A DNA stretch of 54,699 nt, taken from positions 1 through 54,699 of the forward strand of contig JAGIQG010000209.1 of the NCBI GenBank assembly GCA_024679065.1, given 5' to 3'. The position numbers and the translations under genes were made by a program. The notes under the pieces were generated by a model. The model ran no database searches, was not told where the DNA came from, and saw only the letters and a list, made by a program, of their open reading frames with translations. Below, piece after piece: positions 1 through 10,236 of this stretch. The first letter of the stretch is position 1. Every line of letters starts with the position of its first letter. The stretch comes from Sphyrna mokarran (taxonomy: Eukaryota).

Positions 1-13
1 CTCATGTCAGTAT

Positions 14-997
14 GGTGTACCTCAGAGGTCTGTTTTGGGGCCCCTGCTGTTTGTAATTTTTATAAATGATCTGGATGAGGGTATTGAAGGATGGATTAGT
101 AAATTTGCAGATGACACTAGAGTCGGTGGAGTGGTAGATAGTGAAGAGGGGTGTTATAGTTTGCAGAGGGACTTGGACAAGTTGCAGAGCTGGGCCGAGA
201 GGTGGCAAATGGAGTTTAATGTGGAAAAGTATGAGGTAATGCACTATAGCAGAAATAATAAATGTGTAGAGTATAGGGCAAATGGTAGGATTCTTAGTAG
301 TCTAGATGAACAGAGGGATCTTGGTGTGTATGTGCATAGATCCCTGAAAGTAGGCAGTCAGGTCGAGAAGGTTGTTAGGAAGGCATATGGAGGCTTGGCT
401 TTTATTGGGAGAGGGATTGAATTTCGGAGCCGCAACGTCATGTTGCAACTGTACAAAACTCTAGTGCGGCCGCACTTGGAGTATTGTGTGCAGTTCTGTC
501 CCCACATTATAAGAAAGATGTGGAGGCATTGGAGAGGGTACAGAGGAGGTTTACCAGGATGTTGCCTGGTATGGAGGGCAGGTCTTATGAGGAGAGGCTG
601 AGGGATTTGAGGTTGTTTTCATTAGAAAGGAGGCGGCTAAGAGGAGACCTAATCGAAACATATAAGATGATTAGAGGTTTAGATAGGGTGGACAGTGATA
701 CCTTTTTCCTAGGATGGAGAAAGCTAGCACGAGGGGACACAGCTTTAAATTAAGGGGTGATAGTTATAGGACGGATATCAGAGGTAGGTTCTTTACCCAA
801 AGGGTGGTTCGGGAGTGGAATGCCCTGCCTGCAGCAGTTGTGGATGCGCAAGTTTGGTGGCGTTTAAGAGGTTAGTTGATAAGTATATGGAAGAGAAGGG
901 AATGGTTTAGTTTGGAGGGGCATTGCTTTTTATAATGGTCGGCGCAACATCGAAGGCCGAAGGGCCTGTTCTGTGCTGTAATGTTCTATGTTCTATG
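14..997 (+). mobile_element. CR1-clade LINE 3' fragment (family A; RT C-terminal half, frameshifted)
   Basis: ORFs 35-601 and 484-753 contain [47 protein letters not shown]; ends in (GTTCTAT)n tail. Confidence 0.95.
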
Positions 998-1264
998 TAA
1001 CATTATAAATCATTATTAATCCCCCATCATCATATGGCAATACGCTCGAGGGATTGACTGGATTAGCTCTTCCCATTGTTTCTCTTTTATCTGAATTAAG
1101 AGCAAATATTGAATTTGGATTGTTGGAAACGATTCCAACTCTTTCATCACTCGGAAAATAATTACCTGGCCGTGAATCTATTCAAATTATACAATCCTAC
1201 AGTGAAGAAGGAGGACCTTTACCTCATCAAGTCCTCACTGACTTTCATCTGACCCAGGCCCCAT

Positions 1265-1720
1265 CCCCATAACCCACATACTTAGCCGCGAATCCCCGTA
1301 ACCTACGCACCTTGGGATGCTAAGTGGCAGTTTAGCATGGCAAATCCATCCAATATGCACATTCTGAACAATTACAGGGCAATTTAGCGTGGCCAATCAT
1401 TCTAAACCAAGCATTGCTGGACACTAATGGGCAACTTAGAATGGCCAATCCAACTAATCGGCACATTGCTGCACACTAAGGGGTAATTTAGCTTGGCCAA
1501 TCCAACGAAACCACACATTGATGGACACTAAGGCGCAATCCAACTAACCTGCCCATTTTTGGACTGTGGGGGGAAAGCAGAGCAGCCGAAGGAAAGACAT
1601 ATAGAGAGGGGGAAATGTGCCAACTCCACACAGACAAGCACCCAAGGCGGGAATAGAACAAGGTTCCCTGGCCCTGTGAGACAGCACTGAAAATCACTGT
1701 AACACCATGCTGCCACCTGC
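1265..1720 (-). mobile_element. V-SINE/HE1-like SINE with internal tandem expansion of a ~50-bp unit
   Basis: Repeated AATTTAGCATGGCCAATCCA units and SINE core, shared with many copies in the window. Confidence 0.75.
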
Positions 1721-2049
1721 AAATCATTGGAGATGTCAGGCTGTTAGGAAAGCATAGAAGATCCAGAGATTCGAAATCGAGTCACAGAACCGAAAAGGAG
1801 TGAAGCAAATCTACACTTCTCACTGTCTTAGAAAAGCTGTCAACATAATCAAGGATAGCACTCAGCCCGGACATTATCTCTTCCACCTTATTTCATCGAG
1901 GAAAATATACCAAAGTTTGACATCACGTACAAACAGACGGAAGAGCAGCTTCTCCCTTGCTGCCGTCAGACCTTATACCAAATCAGAAAATGCTGAAAAA
2001 TCTCAGAAGTTCTGACGGCATCTGTGGGTAGAGAATTGAGCGAATATTT

Positions 2050-2262
2050 CAGAGGCAGGTTCTTTACACAGAGGGTTTTGAGGGCGTGGAATGCCCTGCC
2101 TGCACCAGTTTGTGGACTGGCCTACTTTGGGGGCATTCAAATGGTCGGTGGATCGGCATATGGATGATATTGGAATAGTTTAGGTTAGAGGGTCCGCTGG
2201 CCGGCGCAACATCGAGGGCCGAACGGCCTGTACTGGCTGTAATATTCGATGTTCTATGTTCT
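2050..2262 (+). mobile_element. CR1 3'-end fragment
   Basis: AGGTTCTTTACACAGAGGG..TGGAATGCCCTGCCTGCA..GTTCTATGTTCTA, matching the 3' end of the copy at 14-997. Confidence 0.8.
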
Positions 2263-2583
2263 AACATTCTCTCTTGCACGCTGCACAGACAAGGCATACT
2301 GTTCATAGACTATATAGGGGAGAAATAAATGTGAGGATGCAGAATATATTGTCCCCTTCACAGCTCGTGTGTAGATGACCCTTCTTCAAAGCTCTGATGA
2401 AAAGTTATCTGGACTCGAATCGTTGGTTCTATTCTGTCTCCTCAGACTCTGTCAGACCTGCTGAAATTTTCCAGTATTTTCTGTTTCTCTTTCAGATTCC
2501 AGCGTCCGCAGTGGTTTACTTTTACCTTATATCAAGCTGACCTTTCACTACACATTTTCTAAGTGTTTTTATCTTCTCTTTAG

Positions 2584-2686
2584 ATTGGTGCAGAGAGGTC
2601 GTTTCTTCTGGAATTCGTGTCCTAGTCATATTGATTCAACTGTCAGTCTTCATTTTCATTTGGAGTTGTAAAAAATGGTAGATCAG
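2584..2686 (+). CDS. Gene A (upstream V-C1 receptor paralog): transmembrane exon with a +1 A giving a premature TAG at 2679-2681
   Basis: Acceptor TTCTCTTTAG|, donor CAG|GTGAGG; phase-1 translation DWCREVVSSGIRVLVILIQLSVFIFIWSCKKW*; stalk Cys plus hydrophobic stretch as in the gene B TM exon; 103 nt (3n+1). Confidence 0.6.
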
Positions 2687-2788
2687 GTGAGGATTAATGA
2701 TTCCCTGAGAAAATTTAATATCTTTTTCCTCAGTATGATTTCCTCTTGGCAGTTTTTAATTAGCTCATTATATTTTCTTCTATTTCAG

Positions 2789-2830
2789 AAGACAGACATA
2801 TAGGGTCCCCAAATGAAACGTATGAGAACA
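2789..2830 (+). CDS. Gene A possible small cytoplasmic exon (contains YEN)
   Basis: Good acceptor TTCTATTTCAG|; phase 1 EDRHIGSPNETYEN; donor weak (A|GTGTGC). Confidence 0.3.
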
Positions 2831-3129
2831 GTGTGCAAAGTTCAACATTGTTCATTGTCCCCTCCTGCTCTCTCTTATACTTTGTCAGACTTACTTCAAT
2901 CCGAAAACAAATTCCAGAGTGTGTGCCTCTATTTTCTATGAATTATATAAGATCATCGGACAATCCTACTTTCAACAATGTGCAGCATCTGAGATGTGAT
3001 AGACCAGATAGAACATTCATTTGGTATTCTTTTCCCGCATCAAATTTGAGCTTTGCCACACAAAAACATATCATCGAGGCGTGCAGAGGTTGGTTTCATA
3101 AACGGGGAAATTGTTGATACTAACACATA

Positions 3130-3435
3130 TGATAGAAACTCTACTGTACAGAAATAGGCCATTTGGTCCATCGATTCTGTACTGAACACAATTCCACCCC
3201 GCTCTACCTCAATATTCACCCGCTAACCCCTCGAACACACGCATCTCAGAACACTAAGGCCAATCAACCAGACCCGCACATCTTTGGACTGTGGGAGGAA
3301 ATCGGAGCACCCGGAGGAAACGAGAAGTATGTGCAAACCCTACACAGGCAGTGACCCAAGCTAGGAATCGAACTCAGGTCCCTGGGGCTGTGAAGCAGCA
3401 GTGCTAACCACCGTGCTACCGTGCCGCCCTGTGGT
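3130..3435 (-). mobile_element. V-SINE/HE1-like tRNA-derived SINE
   Basis: Reverse strand reads GGCGGCACGGTAGCACGGTGGTTAGCACTGCTGC..GAGTTCGATTCC (pol III A/B boxes) plus core. Confidence 0.85.
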
Positions 3436-3739
3436 GGACAATCAGCGACAGATAATGGCATGAGATTTTCCTCATTCATCCATTGGCCACTTAACTTAGA
3501 AACATTCAAAATAGGAGCAGGAAGATACCAATCTGTCCTTCGCTGCTGCTTCGCCATTCACTATGATCATGGGTGATCACCCAATTCAATAGCATGATCG
3601 CGCCTTCTCCCCACATCCTTTGGTCCCCTTCACGTGCAATGTCATATCTAACTGCCTCTGAAGAATTGTGGAATATTTGTCACGTTGGTGAAATTTCAGT
3701 GGACTGTGTGTTAATGATTGTAGCCTAGCAACCTAAAGC

Positions 3740-4025
3740 AATGACATGGTGGCACAGTACTTCGCACTGCTCTCCCGCAAAATCAGGGACCTTTGTTCGA
3801 TTCCTAGCTTGAGTATCTGTCTATGCCGAGTCTGCATGTTTTCCCTGTGTGCGCGTGTGTTTTTTCCATGTGCTCCGCCCACAATCCAAACGAGGTGCTA
3901 CTTAGGTGAGTTGGCAATGCTAAGTTCTCTCTCAGTGCAGGAAAACAAACACTGGGATGTGGCGAGAGAGAGATTTTTATAGGAACATCTTTGCAGAGTT
4001 AATGTAAGCACACTTCTGATTCTGT
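3740..4025 (+). mobile_element. V-SINE-like SINE (diverged)
   Basis: GGTGGCACAGT..GTTCGATTCC..GTCTGCATGTTTTCCCTGTG. Confidence 0.7.
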
Positions 4026-4143
4026 AAAACACACGTTAAATTGTTGACAAACAGGTGGTCATTGGCGCGCGATGTTTCTATGTACTTACAGATTCTATAG
4101 CTTGGGTGACATTTCAATTCGTAATTTAACCCTTAACTCACAG

Positions 4144-4193
4144 GGGATGACGGTCAAAAAGTGGCAAACTTGAAAACGCAGCGTAGAATACAG
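4144..4193 (+). CDS. Gene A cytoplasmic exon (phase 1 to 0)
   Basis: CTCACAG| ... CAG|GTGAGT; only phase 1 is open: xDDGQKVANLKTQRRIQ; same phase pattern as gene B exon 28773-28831. Confidence 0.65.
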
Positions 4194-4296
4194 GTGAGTG
4201 CAATGAACCCCCTGTAATAAATACATCGAAATGAATTTTGGGAAACAGTCCTTTATTTTAACCACTTCGAGCATTTCTATTTAATATATTTCCCAG

Positions 4297-4374
4297 TCTC
4301 AGGATGGACCTCTCTACATCTCCCTGGATTTGGCTGCATTGGAAAAAAGGTCAAAAAAGAAGATCCGGAAATGA
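4297..4374 (+). CDS. Gene A terminal coding exon with YxxL motif
   Basis: TTTCCCAG| SQDGPLYISLDLAALEKRSKKKIRK*; followed by AATAAA at 4711 and 4765. Confidence 0.65.
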   Translation, partial: SQDGPLYISLDLAALEKRSKKKIRK

Positions 4375-4710
4375 GAATCTGTGTGTTTTGTCTGTGATGT
4401 ATTATACACGAGACTGGGATTACTAATGTGTGTTCTGCCCTGTGGATATCAACATGGGAGCAAGTACATCCCCGTCAAACTGCTAAATGTTCCTCGCATA
4501 CTGGCCACAGATTAGAAAGACTGACTCATTTTGTCAAACGTATAACGAGTTTCATCAGCTTTGTGAAAGATATTTTACAGTATTAAGGCCATACAAGTGT
4601 GAAGTAACACACTAAGTAATTCCTTGTTTTTTTTTCAAAATCTTCAATGGCATATTGTGGAACTCCAGTGACTGGTGAGATTGTTAATTGTTTGAACATT
4701 CCTTTATGTA

Positions 4711-4780
4711 AATAAAATCATTTTTTCTTCGATTATAACGCTGCATCAAATGTTTCTATTGACCAATAAATAAAATAAAA
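4711..4780 (+). terminator. Polyadenylation signals of gene A
   Basis: AATAAA at 4711-4716 and clustered AATAAA from 4765. Confidence 0.45.
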
Positions 4781-5649
4781 CAGAAGACAGAGAGACTTCA
4801 TGAGGCTCTGCTTATGACGCAGCGGCCAAAACAACTTAAAACCAAACTTCCTCACCTGATTGGCACACTTTTTTTCTCTTCCTACCAATGACATCATCTC
4901 AGGCTATGAGCTGAGAAAAACTAACGGTGAGATCTGCAGAGATCATGATTCAAATAAAAAAAAAACTTTTTTTAAGGAAAACTACCGCCACACCCATCAA
5001 ATTCTAACTGTGTATTGGATGTTGGAACACTTCCTGGAAGTCCCTTCATTCACAGTCCCGCACCAGATCAGGGAAAGGAATGGGAAGGGTGAGTTCACGC
5101 AAGGGTCAGGATCCCCAGCAGCAGCTGGAAGAAATATTTCCAAGTAATCCATATTTAAACCTGCTGCAGTCCTGTGACACACAGGGAAGCTGCAAAAAGA
5201 ACGATGCTCGCTATCCCCTCATACCGGCTGTTCTTTCCTTTCATCTCCAGATCTCACTGGATGACATTAACGCCCCAGGAAATTTGCTCGGACTTCGCAA
5301 AGAGCGTGCTGGAAGTTCAGATTCTAAACAATGCCAGTGTCACTCACTCACTGCAGCCCAACTTCCCCGGAGATTCACTTCTCTGACTGAAGGAAAACTT
5401 TGGCCTTTGCCAATTCCCACAAATCTAGGATCGTGTGAAGGCAGGAATGATGGGTACAGGAGGGCATGGTACAATTAGGGAGGACAAGGGGCAAAGGACT
5501 CACCGTAAAAGTTGCATGGTGGGGATAGAAACTGCTGTAATACATGTGAACAGTGAGGGAATACTGAAGATTAGCCTCCCTCCAACCACTGAATCACATT
5601 GGAATAAGGGAAGATGTTAGAGTTCAATGATTGGTAGGATTGAAAATTA

Positions 5650-5792
5650 TCTCTCACCATCTCTCTTTCTGTCTTTCTCTCCCTCTCTCTGTCTTTCTGT
5701 CTCTCTCGCTCGCTCCATTCAGTCAGCGTCTCTCTCTCTCTCTCTCTTTCCCTCTCTGTCTTTCTGTCTCTATCTATCTATCTGTCTATCTA
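5650..5792. repeat. (TC)n/(TATC)n low-complexity microsatellite
   Basis: Visible in sequence. Confidence 0.9.
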
Positions 5793-6259
5793 TCCGGGGA
5801 GGCACATCAACAGGATGGTAGTCAATGAACAGAGGTGGTTGTTCTAGATCGATGATCCGCGCATGCTTGGTGGGCCGAAGGGCTAGTTCTTGCGTTTTTA
5901 TTTTCTTTCTCTTTCTTTGTTGTTCTCCACCTGATATGCAGCAAGTGTCCCAGATTCCTAAATGCCAACGTTTCCTATTTAGGTGATTATATCAATGCTG
6001 GTGCATAGTGGCAGGTGACAGCTGTGCCAAGAATACAGTGCCCTCCCTGAAGCAGTGGTGCCAAGACGCATGACCAGAAGAAGGCTGAGTTGGAAGTCTG
6101 AGCAGGCAAGGGAATGAACTGGAAAGAGTGAGGGAAACGGGTATTGTGTTGTGGGTCTGAGGGTGAAGGGGACCCGAGTGCGAGGTCTGAGGGGAAAAGC
6201 GGCCTGAGTGGGTGTTCTGAGGGTGGAGCTGAATGCGGTTCACTCAGGTATCCACAGCA

Positions 6260-6860
6260 TACATACTGTGTGGAGTTGAGGTCACCTCATTACTGGAAGG
6301 ATAAAACTTTATTGAGAAGGTTTAAGATCCATAGCATCCCTACATTGCTGAAGGATGCTTTATTGAAAAGAGGATAGGCGAGATTTACAGGGATCCTGGG
6401 ACAACTGTAAGGGTACATCTATCGGATAATGTGAGGGGCGTTTGAGGACAATGGGTTTCTACTCAATGGAGTTTAGAAGGGTTGGCGAGGAATCTCATTG
6501 AAACTTGCAGAATACTAAAACGCCTGGACAGAGTGGACGTGGAGGAGATGCTTCCATTAGCAGGAAAGATTAGGATCCGAGGGCACGCCTCAGAGTAATG
6601 GGGCAATTCTTAAGATTTGAGATGAGGAGTAATGACTTCAGCCGGAGGTTGGTGAATCTGTGAAATTCATTGCCGCAGAAGACTCCGGAGGCCAGGACCC
6701 TAAGTGCATTTAACAGATAGATGCTTTTTTGATTGGTAGGAGAATCAAATGTTACAGGGGAAAGGCGGAAGAATGGGCAGTACGGTAGTATACAGATTGA
6801 TGCGTTTTTTGATTGGAAAGAGTATCAAATATATCAGGGAAAAAGAGGGAGAATGGCTCG
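6260..6860 (+). mobile_element. Degenerate CR1 3' fragment
   Basis: Decayed TCACCTCATTAC..AAGGAT, GAGTTTAGAAGG..AATCTCATTGAAAC motifs of the CR1 RT tail. Confidence 0.65.
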
Positions 6861-6864
6861 GAAC

Positions 6865-7185
6865 AGGAGCATAGTGGTTAGCACTATTGCTTCACAGCTC
6901 CAGGGACCTGGGTTCGATTCCCAGTTCGGGTCTCTGTGTCGGCAGAGTTAGCACATTTTCCCCGTGTCTGCATGGGTTTCCTCCCGGTGCTCCGGTTTCC
7001 CCCCACAATCCAAAGATTGCTGGTTAGATGGATTGGCCAAGCTAAATTGTCCCTTTGAGTCGTGTGATGCTTAGGTGAGAGGGATTAGCGGATAAAATAG
7101 GGGAGCAGGCCTGGGTGGGATTGTTGTTGGTGCGGACTCGATTGACTGAGTGGCCTCTTTCTGCACTGTAGGGTTTCTATGGAAT
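6865..7185 (+). mobile_element. V-SINE/HE1-like SINE
   Basis: AGTGGTTAGCACT..GGGTTCGATTCC..GGGTTTCCTCCCGGTGCTCCGGTTTCC. Confidence 0.85.
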
Positions 7186-8697
7186 GAGAAACTGATCAGC
7201 CATGACCGGATGGTGGAGCAGACGCGTTGGACCAAATGGCCTAATTTTGCTCCTACAACTAATGGTCAACTGGTCTTATTGACTTCAGGCGAACGTAACC
7301 AACCACTTGGCTGATCCACATTAACCCAGAAGAACGAAGTGATGCATTCCATTATGAAGAGTTCAGGCACCAATAAAGCATATGGTTAAAAACTTAAAGG
7401 GGATGAAAGATTGAAGAGATAGAGAACAGCAGTTTCTGAAACATTGAAGTTGACAGGATGAATTGAGAGGGTCATTTGGTAAAAAAAATATTCAATTCGT
7501 TTCTCAGAAGAGGAATTGAACATTCAGGCTGCAATTTGTATGTAAGTCTTTGAAAATTCTCATCATTTCCAAGAAGGGATGTTGTGCACAATTATGAATG
7601 GAAAACCACAGCGGGAGGGTATCACGGCCGTCAGAAGTGCCCAAAAGCGATTTGCTATCTTGGCACTAGGAATGGAATCTTCTGTTGTATGAAGACTGTG
7701 GAGATGCTTGCATTTTTTATCCCAGGAAGGGAAATGGTAAAAGGGATTCGATGGAACCGTTCAGCTACCGTAGAGAGAGTGGCAGTGAAGAGGATTGCCT
7801 AAGGGCTAGAATATATTCACCAACTGTAGATGTAGTGACTCTTTGAGAGAAACCATTAAATTGGGAGTGACTGTGAACAGAGCCATCTCATGTAGACGTG
7901 GTATTTGTCAACAGAACCGCCTGACGTGGCTGTGCTGGTGTTGATCAGAGTTAACTGGTGTGGAGGAAATGGCTGCGAACAGCGCCACCTTCAGTATTGG
8001 ATGTGGCTGCAATACTATTAGGTCAATGAAAGGGGGAAGATGTCAAAATTGTGATCTCTGGTCTCATGAGATGCGATAATACAGATCAAATAGGAAAGTG
8101 CTAATACGATAAAAGATCTAAGGGATTTTCACTGTAACTTCATTGGAAGTGTAAATGCAAGCCTAATTATGACACTAGCAACAATTTTCTGTTGAAGGAA
8201 TTAATTCTTCAAAATCACTTATGTGTCCCTATTCTCCAATATCTCAGAAGAGATGGTCAACAGGAACAATCAATCTGCCCTTTTGGGAGGTAAAAGATCC
8301 TCAGGCACCAATCAGCAGAATCATAGAATTGTAGAATCCCTACAGAGCAGAAGGAGGTCATTTGACCCAACGAACACTGACAACAATTCCACCCAGGCCC
8401 CATCTGCATATCTGTATCTAATCGCATGCCTTTGGACATTAAGGGACCATCCATTTAATATACTCATCTTTGGTTAGATAGGGGAAATTTGCCTTAGCCA
8501 AATCATCTAACTGACGCATCTTTGCACGCAAAGGGACAATTTAGTACCACTGATAAACGCAAGAGGGTGATTGGGTTTGGGTGGTGTGAGGGTGGGTTGT
8601 GAAGTGAGGGGATGATGATGGCAGGGGGTGATGTGTTGTTGCTGGTTTTCCACGCATTTTCAAGTGGGTTATTCCCCAAACCAAATCCATGATTTGA

Positions 8698-9030
8698 AGC
8701 GGTGTGGTAGCACAGTGTTTAGCACTGCCGCTTCTACAGCTCCAGGGTCCTGGGTTCGATTCCCGGCTCGGGTCACTATCTGAGTGGAGTTTGCACGTTC
8801 TCCTCATATCAGCGTGGGTTGCCTTCTGGTACTCCGGTTTCCTCCCACAGTCCAAAGATGTGCAGGTTAGGTTGATTGGCCATGCTAACAAATTGTCCCT
8901 TAGTGTCTAGTGATGTGTATGTTAGAGGATTAGTGGTTATAATACATGGGGGTAGGGCCTGGGTGGGGTTGAGTTCGGTGCAGACTCAATAGGTGGAAGG
9001 ACCTCTTTCTGCACTACAGGGTTCTATGAT
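8698..9030 (+). mobile_element. V-SINE/HE1-like SINE
   Basis: A/B boxes (GGTAGCACAGTG, GGTTCGATTCC), conserved core and tail GGTTCTATGAT. Confidence 0.9.
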
Positions 9031-9120
9031 CTCTTAGCTGGGTCAGTATCACATCGGCCCTCGCTTTTTTTTTCCTTTCCAACTTTGTAATCGCAACTGT
9101 TGTGCTGCAATTAGCAAAAC

Positions 9121-9540
9121 ATATTACCCTTCATTGCTTGTGCATTGTTCCTCTTCACCCTTTGTACGGGTTATTGGTTCAAATCTAACCATCAACATTT
9201 GAACTCAGTGTGATTTGTTGATGAAAGGATGGTGTATGTTATATTTTGTTGTTGCCAATTCTTCAGAGGAATGATGTTCTCTTTCCTGCTGTAGCAGAAC
9301 ATGCAGCGATAACCTTGTCTCTTTCAGGTATTGCATCTCACGCAGTTTTGCCACAGACCCCAGCAATCCGGACTCTGTCGCTTGGATGAACATACAAGGT
9401 GCACCTTCACATGGGCTGGTTGGCATGGGGGAGTTATCTATTGGTATAAACGGCTGCAACGGGGCATCGACAACTAAGATCTCACGATCTGTTTCCGGGA
9501 TATGACGCAGTTAAGATCGTTTCAACAGTTTCCGCTTCAT
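9121..9540 (+). pseudogene. Leader exon (9121-9163, ATG->ATA) plus V-domain exon remnant (9328-~9540)
   Basis: 43-nt leader (I)LPFIACALFLFTL|gtacgg shares TGTGCATTGTTCC with the gene B leader; acceptor CTTTCAG|; CIASHAVLPQTPAIRTLSLG* then frameshift TRCTFTWAGWHGGVIYWYKRLQ (strand-B Cys, strand-C Trp); no YYC found. Confidence 0.7.
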
Positions 9541-9559
9541 TTGAAGAAAGCCTGAATGT

Positions 9560-10110
9560 TTGATTTGATTTATTACTATCATATATGTTTGTACACAGTG
9601 AAAAGGATTGTCTCTTGCACGCTATGCAGCCAAAGCATACCGTTTATAGAGAAGGAAAGGAAAGTGCACAGTGTAATGTTACAGTCGTAGCTGGGGTGCG
9701 GAGAAAGATGAACTTAATATAATAGAGGTCAACAGTCTGACGGCAGCAGGGAAGAAACTTGGCCGGTGATCTCAGACATTTGTATCTTTTTTTTCCGACA
9801 GAAGGAGGTAGAAAAGTATACGTCCAGGGTACAAAGGATCTTTGGTTCTGCTGGCTGATTTTCCAAATCAGCGGAAAGTGTCTTGGAAAAGTGTTTTCCG
9901 CTTCCTTGGAAAAGATGTTACTTTGTGCATTGGACTGGGCTTAATACATAATCTTTGATAGTAGTGCCTTGCGATCTTGGTAGGAACAGGAGCCAGGCCA
10001 AGGTCTGAACCATCCAGAAAGGATGCTTTATTGTGCTACATTATTAACATTTGATTAGAATCAAAGCGGACTTGCCGAATTTCCTTTGCCTCGTTAGAAA
10101 GCAGGGGCGT
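9560..10110 (-). mobile_element. Rex1/Babar-like LINE 3' fragment
   Basis: TTTGATTTGATTTATTA tail and CTGACGGCAGCAGGGAAGAA motif shared with copies at 15435, 29030 and 39380. Confidence 0.6.
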
Positions 10111-10236
10111 TGGTGGAGTCTGCCCAAAGGATTGCCATGTCAAATTTCGTTTCTGGCTGCGTTATCAATAACAGAGAGCAAAGGAGGACGGCTTATCGCC
10201 TGCTAGGCTTTCTTAACGCCTAATGGAACCTGCACC

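Noticed and set aside
5056-5088. Small exon-like segment (TTCACAG|..GG|GTGAGT)
   Set aside because: Lies after the gene A poly(A) signals, with no homology or partner exons identifiable
8698-8775. tRNA gene
   Set aside because: A/B boxes belong to a tRNA-derived SINE head followed by SINE core and tail
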